This document shows, piece after piece, positions 51,751-61,745 of a DNA stretch of 64,000 nucleotides; the stretch's first letter is position 1; every line of letters starts with the position of its first letter. Below the pieces are notes generated by a model that did no database searches, was not told where the DNA came from, and saw nothing but the letters and a program-made list of their open reading frames with translations. Source of the DNA: Candidatus Limnocylindrales bacterium (GTDB taxonomy: Bacteria; Chloroflexota; Limnocylindria; Limnocylindrales; CSP1-4); contig DATFHO010000045.1 in NCBI GenBank assembly GCA_035248345.1, forward strand, positions 53,398-117,397, in the 5' to 3' direction. A program made the translations under genes and the position numbers.

Positions 51751-53456
51751 GAGGCGGAGCCTCCGGCGGGGATCGCCTTCGGCGCGTCGTCGTGGCCGGG
51801 GTCGTCATGGCCGCCGTTGCCGTGGCCGCCCGAGAGGAGGCCGTGGCGCTGGTCGAACAGCGGTCGCTCGGAGCGGATGTCCGGCAGGCGGTCGAAGTTG
51901 TAGGGCGGGGGCGGCGAGGACGTCGCCCACTCGAGCGTGTTGCCCTCCCACGGGTCGTCGCCGGCGATCTTGCCGCCGCGCAGCGACACGAGGACGTTCC
52001 AGATGAACGGCAGCATCGAGATGCCGATGATGAAGCCGCCGATGGTGGCGACGAGGTTCCAGTCGTTCCAGCCGGCGTCGCCCGCGTAGTCCGCGATGCG
52101 CCGCGGCATCCCCGCGAGGCCGAGCATGTGCATCGGGAAGAACGTCAGGTTGAACCCGACGAACATCAGCACGAAGTGGACCTTGCCGAGGGTCTCGTCC
52201 AGCATCCGGCCGGTCATCTTCGGGAACCAGTAGTAGATCCCCGCGAACACGCCGAACGCCGAGCCACCGAAGAGCACGTAGTGCAGGTGCGCGACGACCC
52301 AGTAGGTGTCGTGCAGGGCGAAGTCGACGGGCACGGCGGCGCTGAAGGCACCGTTGATGCCGCCGATCAGGAACATCGTCAGGAAGCCGATGGCGAAGAT
52401 CAGCGGCGTCGAGAACGTCAGCTGGCCCCGGAACATCGTGAAGATCCAGTTGAACATCTTCACGCCGGTCGGGACCGCGATCATGAATGTCATCAGCGCA
52501 AAGAACGGCAGGAACACGGCGCCGGTCGTGAACATGTGGTGCGCCCAGACCGAGAAGCCCAGGGCCCCGATGCCCGCCGTGGCGAAGATGAACGCCTTGT
52601 AGCCGAACAGCGGCTTGCGGCTGAAGACCGGCAGGACCTCGCTGATCACGCCCATCGCGGGCAGGACCATGACGTACACCGCGGGGTGCGAGTAGAACCA
52701 GAACACGTTCTGGTAGAGCACCGGGATGCCGCCCGTCTGGAAGTTGAAGAACGATCCGCCGTAGTTGCGGTCGATGAAGAGCATGACCAGGGCGCTGGTG
52801 ATGACCGGCGTGGCCATGACCACGAGGACGCTCGTCACGAGGACGGTCCAGACCATGATCGGCATGCGGAACAGCGTCATGCCCGGGGCGCGCATCTTGA
52901 AGATGGTGACGAGGAAGTTGATGCCGCCGAGGATGGAGCTCGTCCCGATCAGGACGAGCGACACGATCCACAGGTCCTGGCCGGGGCCTGGGGAGGCGAG
53001 CGCGCCGCGCTCCGTGAGCGGCGGGTAGCTCGTCCAGCCGGCGGCAGCAGCGCCGCCCGGCGTCAGGAAGCCCGCGAGGAGGAGGATGCCGCCGAGCGGC
53101 AGCATCCAGAAGCTCAGCGCGTTGATGCGCGGGAACGCCATGTCCGGCGCGCCGATCTGGAGCGGGACGATGTAGTTCCCGAGCCCGGCGAGCATCGGGA
53201 TGATGAACAGGAAGATCATCACCGTCGCGTGGATCGAGAACGACTCGTTGTAGACGTGCTCGTTCGTGAAGATCTGGATTCCGGGCTGCGCGAGCTCCGT
53301 CCGGACCAGCAGGGCGAAGATGCCGCCGATCAGGAAGAACACGAACGAGTTGATGACGTACATGATCCCGATCTTCTTGTGATCGGTGGTCGTCAGCCAC
53401 TCGTAGATGCCGCCTCGGTAGGCCGTGACGGCGGGGCTCAGCGCGTGGGTCGCCAT
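51747..53456 (-). CDS. ctaD: cytochrome c oxidase subunit I (haem-copper oxidase, A-type)
   Basis: 569 aa. Contains TTDHKKIGIMY, FWFYSHPAVYVMVLP, WAHHMFTTG, HDTYWVVAHLHYVLFGG and FPMHMLGLAGMPRR. Confidence 0.95.
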   Translation of the reverse strand: MATHALSPAVTAYRGGIYEWLTTTDHKKIGIMYVINSFVFFLIGGIFALLVRTELAQPGIQIFTNEHVYNESFSIHATVMIFLFIIPMLAGLGNYIVPLQIGAPDMAFPRINALSFWMLPLGGILLLAGFLTPGGAAAAGWTSYPPLTERGALASPGPGQDLWIVSLVLIGTSSILGGINFLVTIFKMRAPGMTLFRMPIMVWTVLVTSVLVVMATPVITSALVMLFIDRNYGGSFFNFQTGGIPVLYQNVFWFYSHPAVYVMVLPAMGVISEVLPVFSRKPLFGYKAFIFATAGIGALGFSVWAHHMFTTGAVFLPFFALMTFMIAVPTGVKMFNWIFTMFRGQLTFSTPLIFAIGFLTMFLIGGINGAFSAAVPVDFALHDTYWVVAHLHYVLFGGSAFGVFAGIYYWFPKMTGRMLDETLGKVHFVLMFVGFNLTFFPMHMLGLAGMPRRIADYAGDAGWNDWNLVATIGGFIIGISMLPFIWNVLVSLRGGKIAGDDPWEGNTLEWATSSPPPPYNFDRLPDIRSERPLFDQRHGLLSGGHGNGGHDDPGHDDAPKAIPAGGSAS

Positions 53457-53469
53457 GCTCGCTGGCTCC

Positions 53470-54567
53470 TTACTGGACCGTGAGAGTGCCGGTCATGTTG
53501 CTGTGGATCGAGCAGAAGAACGTGTACGTCCCGGCCGCGAGCGGCTGGTACGTGTAGTCCTTCTTCGTGCCGCCGGAGATCGTGTCCTGGTTCTCCACGA
53601 CCGTTCCGGAGCTGTCCTTGACGTCGATGTCGTGCGTGATGCTCGACGGATCCGAGTTGGTGAACTCGATGACGAACGGCGCGTTCGCCGGGGCCGTGAG
53701 CGTCTTCGTCAGGAAGTCGATGTTCTTCGCCTCTTCCTTGAGGACCGGCGCGCCCGACGGCGCCGGCGGCGGCGTCGCGTTCTCGACGGCGACGAGGTTC
53801 TGGAGCCACGCGTCGTAGTCCGCCTGGCTCATCGCGGTGACGCTGAAGAGCATCACGCGGTGGCCCGTGCCGCACAGCTCGGCGCACTGGCCGTGGAACG
53901 TCTGGCCGACCTCGTCCTCGTTCACCGTGAACTCGAACTTGTTGATCTGGCCGGGAATGACGTCGCGCTTGAAGAGGAAGCGCGGCACGTACCAGGCGTG
54001 GATGACGTCGCCGCTGGTGAGCGTGACCTGCACCTTCTTTCCGACAGGGACGGCCATGCCGCCGCCCTCGCCGATCGGCTTCGTCTGGGTGGCGACGTGC
54101 TTGCCCTGGGCGTCGAGGTACTCGAACTGCCACTGGAACTGGCCGGCGATCACGTGGATGCGGACGTCCGGGTTATCGGTCGTCGCATCGACCACGTTCA
54201 GCGTGTTCCACGAAAGCCCGAACAGCACCAGGACGATCGCGGTCGGGATGAGCGTCCACAGGACCTCGACGAAGTTGTTGCCGTGGGTCTGGGGCGGCAG
54301 CTCCGTGTCTTCCGGCCGTCGCCGGTAGCGAAGGATGCTCCAGATGATCAGGCCTTCGACCGCGAGGAAGACCGCGACGGCGATCGCGAACACGATGTCG
54401 TACAGCTCGCTCGTCCTGACCGCCTGCGCGGTCGCCGGGGCCGGCGGATAGAGCGATCGACCGGCGCCGCTCAGGAAGACGACCGCGACGATGGCGACCA
54501 GGAGGGCGACGGCACCGCCCGCGACGATTGCGCTGGAGGCGGGGCGCTTCCTCGGGCTGCTCGACAT
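53470..54567 (-). CDS. ctaC: cytochrome c oxidase subunit II with an additional C-terminal type-1 copper (cupredoxin) domain
   Basis: 365 aa.
- Two TM helices.
- CuA site: DVIHAWYVP ... GQCAELCGTGHRVM.
- Pro-rich linker.
- Second cupredoxin: ITHDIDV ... FFCSIHSNMTGTLTVQ (His, Cys, His, Met). Confidence 0.9.
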   Translation of the reverse strand: MSSSPRKRPASSAIVAGGAVALLVAIVAVVFLSGAGRSLYPPAPATAQAVRTSELYDIVFAIAVAVFLAVEGLIIWSILRYRRRPEDTELPPQTHGNNFVEVLWTLIPTAIVLVLFGLSWNTLNVVDATTDNPDVRIHVIAGQFQWQFEYLDAQGKHVATQTKPIGEGGGMAVPVGKKVQVTLTSGDVIHAWYVPRFLFKRDVIPGQINKFEFTVNEDEVGQTFHGQCAELCGTGHRVMLFSVTAMSQADYDAWLQNLVAVENATPPPAPSGAPVLKEEAKNIDFLTKTLTAPANAPFVIEFTNSDPSSITHDIDVKDSSGTVVENQDTISGGTKKDYTYQPLAAGTYTFFCSIHSNMTGTLTVQ

Positions 54568-54711
54568 GACTCCTCAGCTGGCGTCGGGGCCGGTCGCCCG
54601 ACACCCGGGACGGATGGCAATCGGACGGGGAACGCGAACGGCCGACCACGCGGTCAGCCGAGGGCCATCATAGCGCGAGGCCCGCACGGCGCGTCGTGCC
54701 ACCATGATCGG

Positions 54712-55728
54712 GTGACCTCTCGCCGATCGCTCGCCGCCACGCTCGCGTCGGCGGTGCTGGCGATCGCGGCCGCCGTCACCCTCCCGGCCGTTGCGCTCGC
54801 GCATGGCGCGGTCCCGCCCGACCCCCCGACGTTCCTCAACATCCTCTTCGACTGGAACTTCGAGCCGCTCGTCGCGGGCGGGCTGCTCGTGTCCGCGCTC
54901 GCGTGGCTCTGGATCGTCCGGCGCGTCGGACGGCTGCATCCGGGCCATGGCGTGCCGATCGGCCGGTCGGCGGCGTTCTTCGGCGGGCTGTTCGCGATCG
55001 CCGTTGCGCTGATGTCCGGCATCGAGCGCTACGACACGACGTTGTTCTCGCTGCACATGGTCCAGCACCTGCTGCTGATGCTGGTTGCTGCACCGCTGCT
55101 CGTGCTGGCGGCGCCCGTCACGCAGCTGCTGCGCGCCTCATCCGCCGAGGTGCGGCAGCGGCGGCTCATTCCCGTCCTGCACTCCGGCGTCGTCGCCGCG
55201 CTCGGGCACCCGGTCGTGACGTGGCTCACCTTCAGCCTGGTCCTGTGGCTGTCGCACTTCTCGCCGTTCTTCAACGATGCGCTCGAGGATCGCGGCGTCC
55301 ACGACGCCGAGCACGCGATCTACCTGGTCGCGTCGCTGCTCTTCTGGTGGCCGGCGATCGCCATGGATCCGGCCCGCCGGCGCATGCCGCACGCGGTCCG
55401 CGTGCTGTACGTGCTGCTGCAGCTGCCGGTGAACTCCTTCGTCGGCATGGCGATCACGTTCGCCGACTCGCCGCTCTACCCGCACTACGCGACGCTGAAC
55501 GCGCCGTACGGGATCTCGGCGCTCGCCGACCAACAGATCGCGGGCGGGACGATGTGGCTCGCCGGCGACATCGTGTTCATCGGGGCGATCCTGCTGATCG
55601 TCGGCGCGTGGATGCGCCACGAGGAGCGCGATGCGCCGGCGGCGGAACGGCGAGCCGATGCGCAGCGGGCCGCCCTGGCCGAGCGCGCCGACCAGCTCGC
55701 CCGCGCCCGCGCCGAGGGCCGCCGCTAG
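54712..55728 (+). CDS. ctaG: cytochrome c oxidase assembly factor CtaG (Bacillus caa3-CtaG type membrane protein)
   Basis: GTG at 54712 within ORF 53425..55728. Signal-like N-terminus, then seven or more TM helices with HMVQHLLLM, HPVVTW and GGTMWLAGD. Divergent from ctaC. Confidence 0.75.
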   Translation: MTSRRSLAATLASAVLAIAAAVTLPAVALAHGAVPPDPPTFLNILFDWNFEPLVAGGLLVSALAWLWIVRRVGRLHPGHGVPIGRSAAFFGGLFAIAVALMSGIERYDTTLFSLHMVQHLLLMLVAAPLLVLAAPVTQLLRASSAEVRQRRLIPVLHSGVVAALGHPVVTWLTFSLVLWLSHFSPFFNDALEDRGVHDAEHAIYLVASLLFWWPAIAMDPARRRMPHAVRVLYVLLQLPVNSFVGMAITFADSPLYPHYATLNAPYGISALADQQIAGGTMWLAGDIVFIGAILLIVGAWMRHEERDAPAAERRADAQRAALAERADQLARARAEGRR

Positions 55729-55731
55729 CCG

Positions 55732-56739
55732 TCAGCCGAGGAGCGGCGCCTCGAGGTATTCGCGGTAGCGGTCGGGGTCCACGTTGCCGCCGCTGACCAC
55801 GGCGACGACGGTGCCCTGCAACCCGGCGATGCCGGCCTCGCGGGCGCGGAAGCGGGCGGCGGCGGGAGCAACTGCGCCCGAGGGTTCGGCGACGAGGCGC
55901 GCCTCCTCGGTGAGGAGCCGGATTGTGGCCGCGATCTCGGCCTCGGAGACGGTGACCACGTCGTCCAGGAGCTGCGAGAGATGCGCGAACGGGCGCACGC
56001 CGATCTGCTGCGATCGCACGCCGTCCGCGATCGTGCGGCCGGTGCGGTCCGCATCCCAGCGGACGCGGCGACCCTCGCGAAGGGACTCCCGGGCGTCGGC
56101 GGCGACCTCGGGCTCGACGCCGATGATCCGCGCCCCCGGATGGAGCGCGCGCACCGCAACGGCGACCCCGGACGAAAGCCCGCCGCCACCGATCGGGACG
56201 AGTACCGCGGCAAGATCCGGCACGTCCTCGGCGATCTCGAGCCCGACGGTGCCCTGGCCCGCGATGACGCGGTCGTCGTCGTACGGCGGGATGAAGTGCA
56301 GGCCGCGCTCGCGGATGATCTCGTCGGCCTTCTGCTCCCGGTCGCTGCTCGCCGGCCCCACCGTCACGATCTCGGCGCCGTCCGCCTCGACCCGGCGGCG
56401 CTTCACCGCCGGTGCGTTCGACGGCATGACGATCACCGCATGGGTCCCAAGCAGTCGGGCGGCCCGCGCCACGCCCTGGGCGTGATTGCCGGACGAGTGC
56501 GTGACGACACCGCGCGCACGCTCCTCGGCGGATAGCTGCGCGATCGCGTTGTAGGCGCCGCGGATCTTGAATGCGCCGATCGGCTGGAGCGATTCGGCCT
56601 TGACCAGGACGCGCGGTCCGCCCTCGCCCGCCGTCCCGAACCCGACCAGTGGCGCCCGGATTGCGACCCCGCGCAGGCGTTCCGCGGCGGCTCGCACGTC
56701 TTCGATGGTGACGAGCGGTGCCACGACGTCGGTGGTCAT
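55732..56739 (-). CDS. PLP-dependent threonine ammonia-lyase / serine dehydratase-like enzyme (short form, no ACT domain)
   Basis: Internal ATG at 56739. PLP lysine block KAESLQPIGAFKIRGA, plus SSGNHAQG and the glycine loop PIGGGGLSSG. Confidence 0.85.
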   Translation of the reverse strand: MTTDVVAPLVTIEDVRAAAERLRGVAIRAPLVGFGTAGEGGPRVLVKAESLQPIGAFKIRGAYNAIAQLSAEERARGVVTHSSGNHAQGVARAARLLGTHAVIVMPSNAPAVKRRRVEADGAEIVTVGPASSDREQKADEIIRERGLHFIPPYDDDRVIAGQGTVGLEIAEDVPDLAAVLVPIGGGGLSSGVAVAVRALHPGARIIGVEPEVAADARESLREGRRVRWDADRTGRTIADGVRSQQIGVRPFAHLSQLLDDVVTVSEAEIAATIRLLTEEARLVAEPSGAVAPAAARFRAREAGIAGLQGTVVAVVSGGNVDPDRYREYLEAPLLG

Positions 56740-56746
56740 GAGGCGA

Positions 56747-57094
56747 TCATCGCGTCGCCGCCGCCTTGCGGGCGCAATCGATGCACTGGGCAACCCACGG
56801 GATCGCCTCGAGGCGCTCCGGCGCGATCGAGTTGCCGCACGTGACACACGTGCCGTAGGTGCCGTCGTCGAGCGCCCGAAGCGCGGATTCGACCTTGTGC
56901 AGGTCCAACCTCGAGCGATCGCGGAGCGCGAGGTCGCGCTGCTGCTCGAAGACGAAGGTTGCGGCGGCAGCCTGCGAGCCGTACGTCATCTGCCCGGGTG
57001 CCTCGATCGGCTCGCCGAGCTCCGCGAGCAGGCGCGCACGCTCGGCCTCGAGCGCCTTCCGGGCGGCCTTCAGATCGATGGCGGGCTGTGCCAT
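56747..57094 (-). CDS. DksA/TraR-family C4 zinc-finger protein
   Basis: 115 aa. Coiled-coil N-terminal half, then YGTCVTCGNSIAPERLEAIPWVAQCIDC (CxxC-17-CxxC). Confidence 0.8.
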   Translation of the reverse strand: MAQPAIDLKAARKALEAERARLLAELGEPIEAPGQMTYGSQAAAATFVFEQQRDLALRDRSRLDLHKVESALRALDDGTYGTCVTCGNSIAPERLEAIPWVAQCIDCARKAAATR

Positions 57095-57116
57095 CGGCCG
57101 ATCGTACGCCGCGGAA

Positions 57117-57983
57117 TCAGCGCGCGCTGGCGACGCTGTCCTTGCCGGCGAGCAGCGCCGAGATCCCGACCGGGATCAGGCTGAACAGGATCATGGCGAG
57201 CGCCACGACGTTCACGGTCGGGCGCTGGTTGGGCAGCTTGAAGTTGGTGAAGATCCAGATCGGCAGCGTCTGCTCCGTGCCCGCCGTGAACGTCGTGACG
57301 ATGATCTCGTCGAACGAGAGCGCGAACGCGAGCAGCCCGCCGGCCAGCAGCGCCGTGGCGAGCGCCGGCAGCGTGATCCGGCGGAACGTCTGCCACGTGT
57401 CGGCGCCGAGGTCCATCGACGCCTCCTCGAGCGACCGCCCGAGCCGCCGCAACCGTGCGACGACGTTGTTGTAGACGACGACCACGCAGAACGTGGCATG
57501 TCCGACGATGATCGTGGCGATCCCGAACTCCGGCGTCGTGATGTGCAGCGGCCCGATGTCGAAGCCGCGGATGCCGGCGTTCATCGCCGCGTTGAGCGCC
57601 ATGCCCGTGACGATGCCCGGGAGCGCGATCGGGAGCACCAGGACGAAGCTGATGCCCTCGCGACCGAAGAACCGGTGGCGGTGCACGGCGAACGCGGCCG
57701 CGGATCCGAGGATGAGCGCGAGCACCATCGCGCCGAGCGCCGCCTGCACCGACAGCCACAGCGACTCGCGAACCTGGTCGTTGTTCCACGCGGCATCGAA
57801 CCAGCGCAGGGAGAAGGTCTGCAGGAAGCCGTTCAGCCCGATGCGGTCGAGCAGTCCCGTCCAGCTCTGGTTCTTCGAGTCGTTGAAGGCGTAGACGGCG
57901 ATGATGAAGATCGGGACGTAGAGGAAGATGAGGGTCGCGGCCGCCGCCACCCGCAGCGCCACGCGACTCAATCGACCGCCCAT
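57117..57983 (-). CDS. ABC transporter permease (PotC/polyamine-type)
   Basis: 288 aa with six TM helices. EAA loop LEEASMDLGADTWQTFRRITLPAL. Confidence 0.85.
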   Translation of the reverse strand: MGGRLSRVALRVAAAATLIFLYVPIFIIAVYAFNDSKNQSWTGLLDRIGLNGFLQTFSLRWFDAAWNNDQVRESLWLSVQAALGAMVLALILGSAAAFAVHRHRFFGREGISFVLVLPIALPGIVTGMALNAAMNAGIRGFDIGPLHITTPEFGIATIIVGHATFCVVVVYNNVVARLRRLGRSLEEASMDLGADTWQTFRRITLPALATALLAGGLLAFALSFDEIIVTTFTAGTEQTLPIWIFTNFKLPNQRPTVNVVALAMILFSLIPVGISALLAGKDSVASAR

Positions 57984-57998
57984 CTCAGCGCACCACCA

Positions 57999-58901
57999 TC
58001 AGAGGGCCTCGAACGCGCCGAGCCGGCGCGCGAACACGAGGTAGATCGCGATCACCGCGACCGGCACGAGGGCATACGCGGCCGCCAGCGGCACGTTCCC
58101 GGCCACGCCGACGTTGCTGTAGATGACGTTCCCGATGAACTGCTCCCCGGAGAAGAGGGTCGGGGTGATGTAGTCGCCCAGGGTCAATGAGAAGGTGAAG
58201 ATCGAGCCGGCGACGAGCCCGGGGAACGCGAGTGGCAGCACGACCCGGCGGAACGTCGTCCATGACTTGCCGCCGAGGTCGTTCGATGCTTCGAGCAGCG
58301 ACTTCGGGATCCGCTCGAGGCCCGCGTACAGCGGCAGGACCATGTACGGCAGCCAGATGTACGTGAACACGATCGCGATCGGGACATCGCCGAGCGGCCC
58401 CGGACCCTTCACCCCGAATGCGCCGAGCGCCCAGTCGAGGAACCCGCCGTCCGCGAGGATGATCCGCCACGAGTAGACGCGGACGAGGTAGCTGATCCAG
58501 AGCGGGATCGTGGCCGCGATGAACAGCAGGCTCCGCGTGCGCGGCGAGGCGACGCGGGCCATGTAGTAGGCGAGCGGGAACGCGAGCAGCGCGTCCGCAA
58601 TCGTGACGATGACCGCGATCCCGACCGTGTGCTGCGCGACGCGCAGGTACGGCTTGTCGGGTGAGAAGACCTCCTGGAAGTTCACGAGGCTGGGGTCACG
58701 CACGATCCCGTTGACGGGGTCGAGGTGCCACAGCGACGACGCGAACAGCAGGCCCAGCGAGCCGAGGTAGATCACCACCAGCCAAAGCACGGGTGGCGTG
58801 AGCAAGGCGCCGAGCACGAGCCGCGGGCGACGGTACAGCGCCGCCGAGAGGCGGCGGAGCGGCGATTCCTGGATCGTGCCGGATGCGTTGGTCGTCGTCA
58901 T
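57999..58901 (-). CDS. ABC transporter permease (PotB/polyamine-type)
   Basis: 300 aa. EAA loop LLEASNDLGGKSWTTFRRVVLPLAFPG. Confidence 0.85.
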   Translation of the reverse strand: MTTTNASGTIQESPLRRLSAALYRRPRLVLGALLTPPVLWLVVIYLGSLGLLFASSLWHLDPVNGIVRDPSLVNFQEVFSPDKPYLRVAQHTVGIAVIVTIADALLAFPLAYYMARVASPRTRSLLFIAATIPLWISYLVRVYSWRIILADGGFLDWALGAFGVKGPGPLGDVPIAIVFTYIWLPYMVLPLYAGLERIPKSLLEASNDLGGKSWTTFRRVVLPLAFPGLVAGSIFTFSLTLGDYITPTLFSGEQFIGNVIYSNVGVAGNVPLAAAYALVPVAVIAIYLVFARRLGAFEAL

Positions 58902-58991
58902 CGGGTCCTGGTGGGCACGCGGGTCAATGGCGGGATGAAGGTGCGCCCGGGCCGCGGTGCGGCCCGGGCGCGTTCGTTCGGTTCGAGCGGG

Positions 58992-60293
58992 CTACTGCGC
59001 GGACGGGACCGCGAGGATCTCCGTCCAGGCGCTGACCCACGCCGAGAAATCGACGCACGTCGTGCCGCGGCTGTCACCGCAGTCGGCGAGCGGCGTCTTC
59101 CAGAACTTGATGTTCGCCGCGTAGGCGTCATCGGAGGCGTGGTTGAAGTCGCAGAAGCCCTTGTACCCGTACTCGCCGGGGTTGGAGTCCATCAGCGGGC
59201 AGGCGGCAAGGTTCGCCGGCGCCTCGCCGAAGTACTCGGCGACCTGCTGCTGCGTGCCGGGCTGGGACATCCAGTCCATCCACATGAGCATGCAGTTCGG
59301 GTGCTTGGCGTCCTTGGTGAGCATCCACGTGTCGGCCCAGCCGGTGGCGCCTTCGGACGGGAGCACCGCGTCGACGGGGATCGGGGGATCCTCGGCCTGC
59401 AGCGCGCCGACCTGGTAGGGCCACGTCGTGCCGATCTCGGACACGCCCTGCTCGAAGTCCGTGATGTTCTCGCCGTAGGTGCCCCAGTACTTGCCGATGA
59501 GCTTCGCCTTCTGGTCCTTCAGCAGGGCCACGGCGGCATCGAACTGTGGCTGGGTGAGCTCGTACGGATCGGTGATCCCGAGCGAGGCGTCCTTCTTCGA
59601 GAGGTACAGCGCCGCGTCGGCGATGTAGATCGCGTAGTTGTACGCGGTGACCTTCCCGGCGTAGGCCGGGGCCGGATTCGTCTCGAAGACCGCGGACCAG
59701 CTGGTCGGCGCGGTGGTGATCTTCGAGGTATTCCACATCAGCAGGTTGGCGCCCCAGCCGTGCGAGAGGCCGTAGTGGACGCCATCGATGGTGTTGTGGA
59801 CCGGGCTCTGCATCGGGCCCCAGAAGTTCTTCCACTCGGGGAAGAGCTTCTCGACGTCGACGCCGGCGATCTTGCCGTCCTTGATCAGTCGGACGGAGGC
59901 GTCACCCGAGGCCGACAGGCCGTCGTAGCCGCCGCTGTTCACGAGCTGGACCATCTCGTCCGACGAGCCGGCTTCCTTGATCGTCTTGACCTGGCAGCCG
60001 GTCTTCGTCTGGAACGGATGGACCCAGTCGTAGCTCTTCACGTTCGCGCCCGACTCGGCATAGCCCGGCCAGACGATGAGGTCGAGCTCACCCTCGCCGG
60101 TGCCGATCGTCGAGATGACATCGACCGCGGCCTGTGACGGTGCAGCCGATGCAGGTTCCGTCGTGGCCGCCGTCGTCGGCTGCGCGGCCGTCGTCGGTGC
60201 CGTGGTGGGGGCCGTCGAGGCCGTGCCCGGCCCGCAGGCAGCCGCGGCGAGCGCCGCCACGGCGATGACCCCTCCGAGTTTCCGCTGGAACAT
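58992..60293 (-). CDS. lipoprotein substrate-binding protein of the PotD/PotF (polyamine) family
   Basis: 433 aa. Lipobox VAALAAAAC, a Thr/Pro/Ala linker, then a PotD-like core (LDLIVWPGYAE...YDGLSASGD...HGWGANLLMWN...YWGTYGE). Confidence 0.8.
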   Translation of the reverse strand: MFQRKLGGVIAVAALAAAACGPGTASTAPTTAPTTAAQPTTAATTEPASAAPSQAAVDVISTIGTGEGELDLIVWPGYAESGANVKSYDWVHPFQTKTGCQVKTIKEAGSSDEMVQLVNSGGYDGLSASGDASVRLIKDGKIAGVDVEKLFPEWKNFWGPMQSPVHNTIDGVHYGLSHGWGANLLMWNTSKITTAPTSWSAVFETNPAPAYAGKVTAYNYAIYIADAALYLSKKDASLGITDPYELTQPQFDAAVALLKDQKAKLIGKYWGTYGENITDFEQGVSEIGTTWPYQVGALQAEDPPIPVDAVLPSEGATGWADTWMLTKDAKHPNCMLMWMDWMSQPGTQQQVAEYFGEAPANLAACPLMDSNPGEYGYKGFCDFNHASDDAYAANIKFWKTPLADCGDSRGTTCVDFSAWVSAWTEILAVPSAQ

Positions 60294-60326
60294 TCGCTCC
60301 TCCTCCTCAGCAGCCCGTGTGTCGCG

Positions 60327-61502
60327 TCATTCCTGGACGCGAAGCACGTGCTGCTTCTTCCACGCCAGCCGGACAGGTTGCCCCTGGGCGGCCAGCACCT
60401 CCATGGACGATGTGTTGAGGTTCTGCTGGGTGACGACGAGCTCCGAGCCCGCGTCGAGCGCCACGATGTAGCGCGTGTCGGGGCCGAGGTAGACGACGTT
60501 CCGGATGGTGCCATCCGCCCCGACCTCGTCCGTGGCGACGGCGGCGCCCGGCTCGAGGATCCGGATCTTCTCCGGGCGAACCGTGAACAGTCCCTCCTGC
60601 CCGGTAAGCGCCTTCGCAGCCTCGCCGCGGAGCAGGTTGGACATGCCCACGAACCCGGCGACGAACGCCGTCGCCGGCCGCTCGTACAGATCCGCCGGCG
60701 TCCCGAGCTGCTCGATCCGGCCGCGGTTGAACACCGCGAGGCGGTCACTCATCGTGAGGGCCTCGGCCTGGTCGTGGGTCACGTAGACGAATGTGATGCC
60801 GACCTCCTGCTGGATCGTCTTCAGCTCCAGCTGCATCTCCTCGCGCAGCTTCAGGTCCAGGGCGCCGAGCGGCTCGTCGAGGAGCAGGACGCGAGGCCGG
60901 TTCACGAGCGCGCGCGCGAGGGCGACGCGCTGGCGCTGGCCGCCCGACAGCTGCGCCGGCTTGCGCCGCTCGTAGCCGGAGAGGCGGACCATCTCGAGCG
61001 CCTCACCGACGCGTCGCTGCCGCTCCGGCTTCGGGACCTTGCGGACCGTCAGCCCGTAGGCGACGTTGTCGCCGACGGTCATATGCGGGAACAGGGCGTA
61101 GTCCTGGAACACGGTGTTCACGTCGCGCTCGAACGGCGGCTTCTTCGTGACGTCGACGCCGTGGAGCCACACGCGACCTTCCGTCGGGAGCTCGAAGCCG
61201 GCGATCAGCCGCAGCGTCGTCGTCTTGCCCGAACCCGACGGGCCGAGCATCGAGAAGAACTCGCCGTCCGCGATCTCCAGGTCGACGCCGTCGACCGCCG
61301 CCACCACGTCGCCGGCGCCCGCCTTCGCACCGCTTGCCTTGGCAACGCGCCGGCCGGCTTCGCCCGAGAAGCGCTTGACCAGGCCGTCGAGGCGGACGGC
61401 GGCGGGCGCGCTCGCGCTCGAGCCGCTCGTTGCGCTCGCGCTCGACGCGCGCGTCGAAGCGGCGGCGCCGGACGCAGGGTCGGTCTGGGTGAGGGTCGCC
61501 AC
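60327..61502 (-). CDS. ABC transporter ATP-binding protein (PotA-type) with Ser/Ala-rich N-terminal extension
   Basis: 391 aa. Contains [24 protein letters not shown] and [11 protein letters not shown]. The C-terminal TOBE-like domain includes [17 protein letters not shown]. Confidence 0.9.
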   Translation of the reverse strand: MATLTQTDPASGAAASTRASSASATSGSSASAPAAVRLDGLVKRFSGEAGRRVAKASGAKAGAGDVVAAVDGVDLEIADGEFFSMLGPSGSGKTTTLRLIAGFELPTEGRVWLHGVDVTKKPPFERDVNTVFQDYALFPHMTVGDNVAYGLTVRKVPKPERQRRVGEALEMVRLSGYERRKPAQLSGGQRQRVALARALVNRPRVLLLDEPLGALDLKLREEMQLELKTIQQEVGITFVYVTHDQAEALTMSDRLAVFNRGRIEQLGTPADLYERPATAFVAGFVGMSNLLRGEAAKALTGQEGLFTVRPEKIRILEPGAAVATDEVGADGTIRNVVYLGPDTRYIVALDAGSELVVTQQNLNTSSMEVLAAQGQPVRLAWKKQHVLRVQE

Positions 61503-61745
61503 GTGCTCCTCGTGCGGCTCTCGTCGTTTGCTCCGCCAGTCCCGGCGTGATTCGAACCTGCCGGGACGCCCCGGCGCGAGGTTCGCAGCTCCCTGCCGGG
61601 CGGCGTGTCGTGGGAGTGTCCGGGCACGGCCGATGCCGTGTCAAGGTGGCGGGGGCGCCGCGGTGCGGAGCCCCGAACGTGCCGTGCGCCGGTGCTACCC
61701 TTCGGGCGCCAATCGGGCGTCCATGATCGAAGGAGAGCTCCCTCA

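Noticed and set aside
61541-61565. GGTTCGAATC-containing stem (minus strand), resembling a tRNA T-arm
   Set aside because: The flanking sequence cannot be folded into acceptor, D or anticodon arms, and the putative T stem has mismatches. It is not a tRNA or tRNA fragment that I can support.
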